From the NCBI GenBank assembly GCA_047495785.1, contig JBLDXI010000011.1:1550001-1614000 (forward strand): a stretch of DNA of 64,000 nt, given 5' to 3'. The DNA comes from Lepidodermella squamata. Lineage: Eukaryota > Animalia > Gastrotricha. The translations under genes were made by a program, and so were the position numbers. Positions 35,301-47,151 of the stretch are shown piece by piece. The notes below the pieces were generated by a model. It was not told where the DNA came from and made no database searches. It saw only the letters and a program-made list of their open reading frames with translations. Numbering within the stretch: the first letter of the stretch is position 1; each line of letters begins with the position of its first letter.

Positions 35301-35500
35301 GATTTTGTTGAAATTATAGTAGTTTCCCTGATTTAGTTGATAAATTGTTAAGGGAAATTTGTAATAATTATCCTAAATTTGTAAAGCAGACTTCGAAGAA
35401 TGGAGTTGAGAGTCTAGCGTGTTAATAAATCAAAATTTTAAATTTTCTTACCGTAAACATTGATTAAAAGGCCGATTGTTAGCGAAAGCCAGGGAAGCAT
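32352..35500 (-). CDS. Paralogous cell-surface protein with three LamG/ConA-like domains and probable GPI signal; exons 35500-35452, 34792-33269, 33217-32352
   Basis: The small upstream exon MLPWLSLTIGLLINVY|gtaag supplies a signal peptide in phase with the acceptor at 34793. A 51-bp in-frame intron lies at 33268-33218. Shares RLPCVCKTRGxCPDG with the neighbouring gene. Confidence 0.8.
34908..35032. repeat. ATGATCAAA(T) minisatellite largely bracketed by CCCAG..CTGGG (MITE-like), in intron 1
   Basis: About eight TGATC-core units with 10-11 bp spacing at the start of the array. Confidence 0.55.
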
Positions 35501-37121
35501 CGCTCTCAGGTATATTCCATGTGATTAAGAGAACAGCTATAACTACTATGCTAATCCTCTTCGTTATTATTCTCCGATTTATATGTAAGTAATATTTCTA
35601 GACTGAAGCCGAATCAAAGAATGTTTAATATTCTCGTTTATGCTCTACCGATATAGTTTTTCGCGATTTATGTTGCAATAATAAGTCGGTAACAGCAAGT
35701 GGCCTTCTAAACTTGTGTTATCTCTATGAATAAAAACAACAAGGTGGAGCCGGCCTGTCTTGTGCCGTTAATGATGTGCGCGTTGTTTCGTTAGTATAGA
35801 CCGCATGCTTTGGTTGTAATAACGCAAGGATATATATTTCGTATGAAGCGCGCGTTATCGAAATGTATCTACACCGGGTTGATATTTTTTGGCTGTTCTA
35901 TTCGTATGGTATAACTAGCACGCACTTGAAATCGAAACGGCATGCACCAGACGAACGATATCTCCTTCAAGAGTTTGGCAAACGATGGATGTTAAACCAG
36001 ACACAACAGCTCAAAATTGATCAGCGTGAAATGGTATCGCATCAAAATTTAGTTAGATGTTTTTACTACTTCGGTTTGTACTGCAGTGGTTTTTCGGTCT
36101 CACGCAAAAGGATAAGCACACTGAGTGATGAAGAGCAGTGTAAATCAATGCGAGTTTGCGAGATATCTTATTGGCGCTAAACTGTTTACAATTGATTGAT
36201 AAATAAAAGGGCGGGCTTGTTTTTGCGTGGCTTTATACTGACTTCTGCCACTACTTCCCGTTTTAAGAACGCGCTCTCATTATATTGGAAAAATGTCAGC
36301 AGCAGATGGAAGAGGCTTAATCATCTCAGCCTTTCGGCAGTATTCGTCTTGTTTTTTCATAAAAATTGATATATCACAGTTGCGACCAGACAATGGTGGA
36401 AAATGGTGGCTATCAGCTCTAATAGCGACGAAATGATCCTCGAAATAACAACCAGAAATGCTTGAGATTTCAGACTTTGGAAAACCATTATGTGAAAAAA
36501 TCTCTTGAACCGAATATTGATCACAAAGGATAAAGCAAATATTTGACCGGCTGACCGATGCGATTGCTAAGGAGCAAAATCGTTAGGCAGAACCAAGTTT
36601 TCGCAATTTTTTGTTACATGACGATTGAGTTGCGTTCTGAAATTGAGGATAAGGCCATATATTGAATAAACTAAAAAACGGTTGTGGATTTGAAAAATAT
36701 GAGGTAATATTGCATATAGGAAAACATTGTTTATGACTGGTAGAAATTTCATATCCTTAAATCAAATTTGAGATTTTCTGATCCGTTGACCCCGCCAATG
36801 ACTGCTATAAGCGGGATTCTTGATTTTTGAGGCTAGGTTATTTTTATTCTATAGAGGCCACAATAAACCTTCGTTTCCTACCAGAAAAGCCTGTTTTTCG
36901 TAATCTCCAATAATTTTTGTTTCATGGCTCGGCCCATCCAAATTTTCCATAAAATCCTGCATTGTAGAGTGGGCGTGTTTGTGTCGTGACTAGTAGCCTT
37001 CTAGCGCTTACCCGCGAAAAACATCATTAAATGATTAATCAGCTCATAAGATACGCACAAGTAGCCATTTTGCACTCCGCATCAGTTCAACTTCCAAAAT
37101 TTTCGACAATTTGTTTTTACC

Positions 37122-37865
37122 ATGAGAAGATTAATCGTAACTGGTAGCATTATTCTGGAGATTTTCGCCTGTATCGCGATAGCTTGCCCGTCTTCTACAA
37201 CCTTCACAGTGACCCCCACGCCAATTCGAACATGCCCATCGGGTCAGAATTGCCTTAATGCAACATGTCCAACTGGGCAATCATGCCTCGATGCAGTAAG
37301 TATTAATAGACATTAATTTGTGTAGAAACTGAATGAGACTCTCGACAGAAATCATTCGATTACTGTCAAGTGCAAACGAATGGAACAGGAACAGCCTCGA
37401 AGGCCATTAACTTTTGCCCGATGTCCGGGCGCTGTGTTTCTCCAGCTTCTGTAAGTCGATTCTATACCCGGTTTGTTCCGGTCTAATCAAGATTTTAAGG
37501 GGACTGGTCTACAATTTGGATCATTCGAACAATGTTGCGCATACGGAGGTTTTACGGCTTACGATACCACCTTCCGCCAGTATCCGCCATATTGCTACCT
37601 AAGCACGCTGAGATACAACGTTTGCGTCGATTCTAGCACTCGGCGATACTGCGTCCGCTTCCCCGAATCTTGTCTTGGCACGGATGCGCTAGCCGTAAGT
37701 TTTGAAAGCTTTCAAATTTCATCGGGTGAGAATTTCTCTCCTTCATAGGCTGGCTCGAGTCAATTTGCATCTTTCGGCGAGTGTTGCAGAGGTATAGCCG
37801 CAACTTTCACCCAGTCCGAAACTTCAACTCTATACGGACTGAAAATTGAGCGATGTTCGCAATAA
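37122..37865 (+). CDS. Secreted Cys-rich family, copy 9 (divergent short form, ~195 aa); exons 37122-37295, 37349-37450, 37500-37694, 37749-37865
   Basis: IA|CPSSTT start, the same three phase-0 introns, FGSFEQCC, CVRFP, FASFGECC and LYGLKIERC motifs. Confidence 0.85.
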
Positions 37866-37978
37866 CTGAACTAAATAATTTCGCCCGAACTCTAGAAGAA
37901 CCGTGTTGGTGCAATGAGAGAGGAAAAATACAATTGTCTAAGTTAGTCACGAATAGTCGACATTTTTTCCCGGTTTAG

Positions 37979-39128
37979 ATGCTTAAAAAATTGAAAATGC
38001 ATGGATTCGCTTTTTTGGCCGCTTTCCTTACTGGTACAATGTTCGGAATCGTGATTTGCTGCCCTGCTTCATCAACAATCACCCAGCTGCAGTATGTTCC
38101 ATTGTCTTGCCCAAGCAGCACTACATGCCTTAATACAACGTGCCCTAGTGGACAAACTTGCGCAACTTTGGTGAGTTGAGTTTCTCTGGCTGGAATGATT
38201 CGAAGCTAAAACCCTAATTCTAAGATAAAATCTATTAAATACTGGAGTTTATCTATTATTTTACCATTTTTAGAGCAAAGCTGTCATGTGCCAACTGTCA
38301 ACAAACGGTGGGGCGAATGTTGCTACGCCAATTACGGTTTGCGTCCAGGGCACAACCTGCCCCTTCACAACTTCCGTGATCGTCAATACCTACATATCGT
38401 TCGCGCAGTGTTGCTCCGACGTCGCTTCAATGGGCGACCAAAGCGCCTTAGTAGCTTATGATTCTGTGAACAACACAGCGTTCCCATTCTGTTTCGGTGG
38501 AAGTTTCAAATATGTGCGATGCAACGCCTCGCCTAATTACTGCCTCCGCTTTCCGAGCAGCTGTGCGGCCGGAGAAACGGATTTGGTAAAAAAAATGAGA
38601 AAATCCTAATTATAATAATTAAATTTTGGCATTTCCTTGAAATTTACAAATCAATTCTAAATTTTCAATTATCTTCAAATTAAATTTGAATTAAATTAAA
38701 TCCTCTCGAAAAGCTACTCCTGGGCAATTTTCTAGTGTTTTCTTCTATTCAGCAGAATATCGGTTCCGATTTCTTGATCCCTCTTAAAACTTTAATTTTT
38801 GCTCAAGTAGCATTTTTGGGACATTCATCACTAAAAGTCAGGATTCCAAAGGCTTCAGTCTACATTTCAGGACTACCCCATTTCTGATCTTTTGGTGATT
38901 TTCCTACTTTCCATGAAAATTTCGTACGAATTTTCCTGCTTAAAGCATAGTTTAGAAGTCCTTGAAATCGCCGAGCATATCATGCCGCTTACATTGTTTT
39001 TGTTTCTCTTTCAGAGTTCCGGATCATTACGATCGTTCGCAGCGTGTTGCGCGAACCTCGGCGCTACCATCAATTCATTTTCGACCGTTTCCCTGTATGG
39101 CCTAACAATCGATAGATGCTCGCTTTGA
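37979..39128 (+). CDS. Secreted Cys-rich family, copy 10 (divergent, lacks intron 2); exons 37979(or 37997)-38170, 38274-38585, 39015-39128
   Basis: C|CPASST start, SFAQCC, CLRFP, SFAACC and LYGLTIDRC motifs, phase-0 introns at homologous positions 1 and 3. Confidence 0.82.
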
Positions 39129-39434
39129 TTTCCAGAACAAAAACACTACGCAACATGAATGAATATAACCTGAGCTATGATGATTATGATGAGGGGCGGT
39201 TACCTATCTGTGTTTCACTAGTTCAATACAGAAGTAGCGAAAGAAACAGCCAATTCCAGTGCGCCATAGCTACATTTGCGTATTATCAACAAATTGAACG
39301 AGCGCGTACAGTGTAATCATGCTGTGAAGAAAAATGTAGCACATTATACGTAAAAATGCGCACGTGAGCGCTATAACAGGAAAACACTGCGCACGCGCCC
39401 GCGATTCAGTCGGCAGTTTTCATCTACTGACAAG

Positions 39435-40171
39435 ATGAGGAATATGTTTATTACCCGTGTTGCATCAACAATACTTGCTTACTTGGCTATCGCCGTTACA
39501 GGGCAGCAAGATGCTCCAGGCTGTGATATCGATGTTCTAAGGCGGTGTAGGCGGTTGACAAACCAAGTCATCCTACTTAGCCAGTTGAGTGAGACCTCAT
39601 CAACCACATTACCCCCTGTTGAAAGCGGCAACGATGGCCAGTACTACGATTCAGATTACTTTGAGCTGGAAGGGGCGAAGCAGAATGGCGCGTTATCCGG
39701 ATTTTTTTACTCAATTCAACGCATCAGCGCAACTTGCAGCCTAGCCCAGGGCGAATTAGCGACCTGCTGGAACCAAATCGAGCCTTTATCCTGCCCACAC
39801 GAATTAAGGGCCTACGAAACAAAAAAATTCGTAAGTCTGAAAGATGAAAACTTATTTTTCTTGAATTTCAACATTTTAAGGTTGAGATTCTGCTGTTGGA
39901 CCCGTGTGAAAACTGGATCTCGTTCGGCGTTTTGATTCTTATCATAGGTGTTGTGTTAACGTTAGCTTTAGTCCTACCCTTTATCATTCTAATCAATTAC
40001 ATTGCCCGTCGGAAAGCTCGTCTAGAGCGAAAACGGCGCTACAGCGGCCGGAAACGCGATGAACGGTCTTTTTCGGTCAGCCAATCAGCTATTGAGATTG
40101 AATTTCAACCGATATCTCCCACGCCTGCTACGGGTAGTGGATTTCAAATGCCGGCCTATCAATATAGATAA
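39435..40171 (+). CDS. Small type I membrane protein (228 aa), Cys-containing ectodomain; exons 39435-39830, 39881-40171
   Basis: Signal peptide, 50-bp GTAAGT..AAG intron, long hydrophobic TM followed by the basic stop-transfer ARRKARLERKRR. Confidence 0.8.
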
Positions 40172-40214
40172 TATATCGAATAAAATTAGCATTTCTATAC
40201 GTTTTATTCTGATT

Positions 40215-41751
40215 TTATTCTACGGGGATGAAGCCTTCGTCAACTTTAACAACGCTGATATTGAGGTAGGCGAACCAGTATACGACATTGAAAGTGATGA
40301 AGGCAGTAGGGAAGACAACACGCGAGTATTTTTCGATATCAGAAGCTTTTGTTATCGCCTTGGCGCACAATTTACAACAAGCCCGTTCTTGGGACTTCTT
40401 TTTCGGAGATCCGAAGTCTATTTCGTCGAAATCAAGTGAGAAAGTTAGCCGAATCCTTTCCCGTAAATAGGAAGATGTCGCACTGGTCTCGGTATTTGCG
40501 GCAGCTTCCTCCTGAGCCAATGCTTCAGCTTCTTTTTTCTTTTGAAGCATCTGAGTAAAACATGGAGAATAAATTGAGATTCATTCGTGCGTGAAGTTTT
40601 ACCTTGCATCTCTTCCCTGTATAAGTAACAGCCGCGTATTCGAGTAAAGCCGCGAAAACCATGATGAAACACGATACCAGGTAGATGTCAATAGCTTTAA
40701 GATACGAAATTTTCGGTAATGAAGCGTTTGTACTCGATATTAGGGTTGTCATTGTTAGGACTGTCGTAATTCCTAATGAAACCCTAGCCGGGGGTGATTC
40801 GCGGCTGATCCAAAACGAAACAAGGCTAAGCATTACTATAAGAGCTGAAGGGACATAGACCTGGATTACGTAGTAGCCTAAACTACGCTCGAAGTAGATA
40901 TCCAGGGTTAGCCGGGAGTAATTTCCAGTACTTAAGGCGGATTCACTTCTGACCTCGCGATGGCCTCGAATTCTGAATTGAGGCAGCATTTGAGCCTCCC
41001 TAGCAAATGTGACAGATTGCCGTTTTGCCGAGGACCAAACGTAGGAAATATCGCGGGTTGTATAGCCAAAACTTTCAACCTCAAGAGAACATCGTTGAGA
41101 ATCCATTGGGAAATAGGTGAAATCCATCGGGCATGAAGCCGTAACTGTCAATCTAAGGCTTTGCGTGACATTACCCTCGGGCGAGACCCTGATAAACGTG
41201 TTTAAGGTGGTTACAGGATGGAAAGAGGACTGTTTCGCGTTAACAAAAAACGTATCCGGTCGCCAGATTTCTCGCATGAATTCACCGCCAATTACTAGCT
41301 CCTCGGGCCATATCGCGCTGAAATCCATTCTAGGATCTCGCCAGTATTGACGGAAGTAGAAATCTAGGGTGACATCCATATTGACCTCAGAAACTTGGGA
41401 CACTCCAGCGATGAAGGCTGATACTGTAACATCAACAGGCCGGCCTTTGTAGTTAGGCCGGATTCGTTTGTCATAACCACGATTGCTTCGAATGTGCTGT
41501 AAAACCTGAGTGATATTCGCGTTGTAGTCGATTTCTTCAGCCTCCCTCTTCTGAAGATGGCGTCTTTCTGGCTGAGCTTGCGGCACGCTCTCATACGTGA
41601 ATTTCGTGAAATAAGCTGGTTCGAATAGGAATTCATCCGACGCGGTGGTTAGGACACTTTCCCGGCCTATAATATCCTTCGGAAAGATGAACAGCTCTTC
41701 CGCACTGCTGACCTTGATAATAGCTAGCACTAGAAAAAAGATTTGCTGCAT
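40215..41751 (-). CDS. Rdl: Cys-loop GABA-gated chloride channel subunit, RDL-like (~494 aa); exons 41751-40603, 40550-40215
   Basis: YDKRIRPNY, FYFRQYW, Cys-loop CPMDFTYFPMDSQRC, ESFGY, TGNYSRL, M2 PARVSLGITTVLTMTTLISSTNASLPKISY, and M4 in exon 2 after a 52-bp intron. Confidence 0.88.
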
Positions 41752-42276
41752 CCTTTTTTTGACAAAAGATGCGTACGATTTTCTGTTAGTGCGATGTGCA
41801 CTTTTTTGCGAGAGGCGAGCATCTGATCACACAGACAATCATCACGCGCGTGGCAGCAGCAGCAGCAATTATTTCCCAAAGGAGGCGCCATCATAAGCGC
41901 GAATAATCTCCGCTACTGATGATATTCGCATCTCAAGAGGCACAAAAATATGTGCATATATCTTGTTCTGACGCGTTGCGTTTTTTTGGCTAAATTAAAT
42001 AATTAGGCACGAAACCATTCGAGTATCGAAAAATAGTCGCAGCATTTATATATAGTTGTGGCGATTTACATGGTAATTTCTTCCCGTTGTTTTTGCTTAC
42101 TCAGCTGGGCGGAGACAAATAGATTTTTATTTATAAAAATAAAGATGCACAACAACATTGAAATTCATGCTTTCGGTCATCCTCGTACAATAACACAGAT
42201 AATTTACAGAATTGGCAAGACAGAACAGCAAAAATTACCCGTTATCACTTGACAAGCTATGGAAATGTATAGGCTA

Positions 42277-44918
42277 TCAAGTAAATTCTGGTGTTTGTGT
42301 CGTAACATCTTCCTGGGTTGTAATGGTTGTAGGATCGTCATCTAGAGGTGTTATCAAGGTCGTGAGGGTCGTGTAAGATGCCATGGCAGCTTTTAATAAC
42401 TCCGCCAGTTCAATCTGCCCGGTGTAACTCGCGACATCCAACGCAGTCTCCAGGTTACATTTATCGATGTAGTTAGGATCGGCCCCTCTCGCTAGCAACT
42501 CTTCAGCTATCGCCACAGTCTCTCGTTCCTTCACGTCCTCATCGTCACTGATACTATGCCTGTAGTAGCGATGAAGTTTTTTGTTAGCCATCGAGGCAAC
42601 TCGGTATAATGGAGCGTTACAGCCACGTAAATTCGAGCTATTAGGATCCGCGCCTCGACTTAGCAGGAAAAATATGACTTGACGGCGTTTCTTCAGGGCT
42701 AGAGCTGCATTCAATGGGGTCCGTTTGTTCACATCCCTCGCATCGATATAAGCGCCATGGTCGAGTAAGAAGCTCAAAACAGGCAGCTGAGGGTAGCAAC
42801 AGTCTGATTCAATCAAAAGACCGAGTGGGGTCAGCCCAGTTGTTGGTACAATCGCGTCGATTTCAGCGCCGTAGTCTAGCAATAGTTTCATGATTCGAAT
42901 ATTTTGCCTAGTCGCGGCGAGGTGGAGAAGAGATGGACTGTGGCCGCTAGCTGTTACATCGGCCCCTTTTTCCAGCAGAAATTCAACAGCTTCTGGTGAG
43001 TTGGCATGCATCACAGCGTAGACCAACGGAGTTCCTTCTGAGGCAACGGCCTCCAAATTTGCTCCATTTTCCAGGAGAAGTTCCATCATGTAGATGAACC
43101 CATTACGCGCAGCTAAATGCATGAAAATTAATTGAAAAATCGAAATTTGAAATGTAAAATTACCGAAATGAAGAGGAGTAGCCTCGTGATTATCCACAGC
43201 GTTAACATCTGCGCCCAAATGAAGCAGAACCCTCGCCACACTTAGGGATTTGTAACTCACAGCAATATGTAACGCAGTTTGGCCGAGATGGTCGACCGTT
43301 TTAACGAAGCTTAAATCCGGCGCAACAGTCGTAAATGTCCCCATTGTGGTTGTATCAGGCGAATCTGATGTCAAATTCTTCCCGGACTCAATGAAAGCCT
43401 TTGAGATGGGTTCAACTAAAAGTCTCGCAACTTGCTCCATATCGCCAGAAAAAATCGCTCGATGAAACGGTGGAATTGCGAATTTGTTGTAAAATTTATC
43501 CGGGACAAAAATTTGGCTTAGATTCCCCAGCGTAACTTTCCGATCTACTGTCAAAAGCCATAACAGGTCAGATAGGTTGAAATTACCATGGGTACGAGCT
43601 ACCAACACAGGATCATGCTCAGGGCATAAGGTTTTCGAAGAGTTCAACTCAGCCCCATAGGCCACCATAATTTTCGCGATGTATTCGTAGTCTTGGGATC
43701 CTCTAATCGCAAACCCAATCATGGGAGTCAGGCATTTCTTTGGCTTAATGATTTTCGGTGCCTCGGTAGTTGTTGTATGAAAAGGAAAATCACGTTCTAA
43801 CTCTTCGTCGTTCAAAAATGTCACGTCAATATTAGTATTATTCCTCCTAACGCCAGCATTAGGATTCGCACCGTGTTGTAACAACATCCGAATCACAGTG
43901 ACTTTGTTGTTTAGACCGCCCTGGCTCATCGACATATTCGTATCCTTATTATCGACAATCGCAGTGTAGAGGGGTGTTAGGCCCCTCGAATCCGCCGCCT
44001 CAACATCAGCCCCGTTTTTCAGCAAGTAATCGATAACAGCGATGTTCATACTCGCAACGGCGTTGTGGAGCGGGGTTCGCGCTGATCTTCGACACCTCGC
44101 CTCAATATCGGCCCCATATTCCAGTAGCAGGTCCATAATAGCGACCTGGGTGTGAGCCGTATTGTCCCTCGCGAAAATGTTCAACGGTGTACAGCCTTCA
44201 TTATCCTTCGCATCGACATTCGCGTGATGCTCAGCCAGTAAAATTTGAACATTCCTAACATTTTGATTCCGAACACTGACGTGAAGGGCAGATTCGTGGT
44301 AAGAATTAGTCGCGTCAACATCTGCACCATTTTCCAGCAAAAGTTTCAGCGCATCGCTCGAATAAATGTCGTATAAAGCCGCGTAAAGTAGAGGAGTACC
44401 GCCTGGGATTAAATCCGGTGATATTTGGGCGTTGACATTAGCTCCATGTTCTATAAGAGCTTCCATGATATTGATTGTCCCAGTTTTCGCGGCGAGATGT
44501 AAGGCAGTCTCTTCGTACTCAGGATTTGCTACGCTGTGATTCGCCCCGCGAATTAGAAGAGCTTTCGCACATTCAAATTGCTGGAACTTCGCGGCCATGT
44601 GCAAAGCTGTTTGTCCAAGCCTAAACAAATTCATCTAAAACTCGAAGGTCAAGACTAATTGTTCAATTACCAATCGACTTTATCGATATCGACCCCAGCA
44701 TCCAGCAGGCCTTCGACCTCGGACAATGCCCCGCTGCTAACCGCAAAGGTAAGGGGCGGTACGTCTTCATAGACATCATTCTTCTTAGGCATAGAATACG
44801 GCCACTTGTTGGCATGTTTAAGGGACGGATTAGGCGTCGTGCTTCGGATGAAAGATGATAGAGCTATTTGGAAGCAGAGCAGACTTCCGACATAAGGAAT
44901 CGTACAACACCTGCCCAT
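42277..44918 (-). CDS. Ankyrin-repeat protein (two ANK arrays) with N-terminal hydrophobic leader and Thr-rich linkers/tail; exons 44918-44671, 44620-43164, 43112-42277
   Basis: Many G.T(P/A)LH.A...LL..GAD+N repeats. Introns of 50 and 51 bp restore DKVDW-LGQTALH and TPLHF-AARNG. Confidence 0.88.
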
Positions 44919-45681
44919 CAACAACTGTTGCGTTTCTCGTGCTGACTTCCAAAAATCATTGCGCGCGCGCGAAAAAAAACTTGTTTTGCCGGACGTGGCG
45001 TTTGGCCCGTGTCACTTGTGCAAACATTGACCCGAGCGGCGAAAATAATAGCCAGGTAAATACGACCGGCCGCCGCATAAATATGACACTAAAATGTTTA
45101 TTCAAACGCTTTTTACAGCGGTGACGAGCCGCAAAAAATCGATTCTTCAGAACCGCACTTCAAAACAAGAAACTCGGATTGTATCTCTTTTAATTTCGTT
45201 TTATTTTTTCGACCGCTCGTTTTTATCATCAATCAAGCCGTAATAAACATAAATAAAGCGTAATTAAATATATGTATTAGTAAAATGTAACGTTAGCTCG
45301 ACATTCGTGGTATTAAGTTTTTCGCCGTGTAATGCATAGTGAATGAAGAGGATTATCCCGTAAGTAGTAAAAGAGATTTTTATTTGGCGATGATTTCATT
45401 CCAAAGGGGTGAAAATAGCGTAGAATAACTTTATTATTACAAACAGAGATGTGTGAATTTGAGGCCGACTGTCGGCCTCCGGACTGGTTTTTCAAGCGTA
45501 TTTTCAAGGCACAGATGATAGTAATAATGTAATATAACATGGGTTATACAAGTAAGAAAACATGCTGATTTGAATTGAAAGACCTTCGAGTGTCATACGC
45601 GATGGGACTTGCAGAGGTTGTGATTTTTTTTGTAAAGCTTTTTCTTGCGCGAAAAATTGAGAAGGAGGTGATACTTGTTTT

Positions 45682-47151
45682 CTAGTAATGCGTCAGGACA
45701 GTTTCCTCTTTCATCGCCTCGTCACTGGTGCCCCAGCCCATGCTTTCAACCGGCTGTAAAATGGGCGGTGGGTATGACTCCTCCTTCTCGATAATGTGCC
45801 GCTTAACAAGCAGCAAAATTATGGCGATGATAATGAACAGGGTTAAAATCGCCAGCCAAATGATGAGGCCGATAACAATCTCCCGCCTCAGCCATTTCGA
45901 CTCGCGAATGCTGAAACCTGATTGCGTGTTGGTCACCGCCAACGCAACTCCATCACGTCCCGAGCCACCCGAGGCCCCGCCACTGCCGCTAGACCCGCCC
46001 TGCAAAACCGCTGCAGATTGCGTTTGCAGTGAAATTGCGTTAAGTTGAGCTAGAACTGCGGAGCTGAGGGTTGGCGCCTGGTAAACGGTGCCTAGGCAGT
46101 AGTAAGTGCCGTAAGTGTTGACGCAAACATTTCCGCCGCAAATGCGCGGGTCTTTCGCGCACTCGTCAATGTCATTGCACCGATGCTTATCCGCTGAAAG
46201 CTCCAGGCCGATTGGGCAGTTGCAAATGTAAGATCCAACAGTGTCCTGGCAGTAATACTCGCAAACACCATTCGCAATGGCGCATTCGTTAACATCTAAA
46301 TTAATGTCGTAGTAAATGAAATTTTCGTGGTTTTAAGGTCTTACTTTCGCAGGAAGAATTGTCTGAGGATAGGAGTTTCCAGCCAGGCCTGCAACGGCAC
46401 TCTGGCAACCCATTTGACAGCCAACATTCGTGCTCGCAGTCCAGGGAGTTATCGCGGCACTTCTCCTCGTGGTAGGGCTCACCCTGAGGCCCACGCTCCC
46501 CAGAATCGCCCCGGTCGCCAGGCGGGCCTTGAGGGCCGGGCAGGCCACGAGGTCCAGGGGGTCCGGCGGGTCCAGAGTCACCCTTGACACCCTTCGCGCC
46601 GAACCCTGTTGGGCCCATGTTGCCCTTGTCACCCTTTCCGCCAGGCTGGCCGGGGTCGCCGCGGAGACCACGCTGACCTCGGTCGCCAGGGTAACCGGTG
46701 TCACCCGGGTCACCTTTCAGGCCCCGCTCACCTCGAGGGCCAGCTGGGCCTGCAGCGCCCGGAGGACCAATGTCACCCTTCCGACCAACACGGCCCGGTT
46801 CGCCAGGCTCGCCAGGTGGCCCGTTGACCCCAGGAGGTCCGACAGGTCCCGGGAGACCTTGAGGGCCCTTTTAAGAACACAATATATTAAGGTGGGTTTG
46901 CGAAGAATTTTTAGGATGCTTACCATAGGACCAGGAGGGCCTTCAATAGCGCCGACAGAGACGTTACCTGGAGAGTAACGAAAAAAGTAGCGTTGACAAT
47001 TGCCACCGTTATTTGACGAGCAAGGTTGATAGACATCGTTAACATAAACCGACGACCACGGCAGTTCGTAGCTACTCGATCTAGCCGAGCCGCTAAGAAC
47101 CTGCGCGCTACTGATCGCCGCCAATGCGACAACGATAGCAAGTCGCCGCAT
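45682..47151 (-). CDS. Type I transmembrane collagen-EGF protein (signal, ~45 Gly-X-Y triplets, EGF plus two Ca-binding-type EGF, TM); exons 47151-46924, 46867-46345, 46295-45682
   Basis: The spliced frame reads GPPGPM-GPQGLPG...[43 protein letters not shown], then the [27 protein letters not shown]. Confidence 0.88.

Noticed and set aside
46327-46978. Overlapping ORFs on the opposite strand and in alternative frames
   Set aside because: They are shadow ORFs of the GC-rich collagen Gly-X-Y codons.
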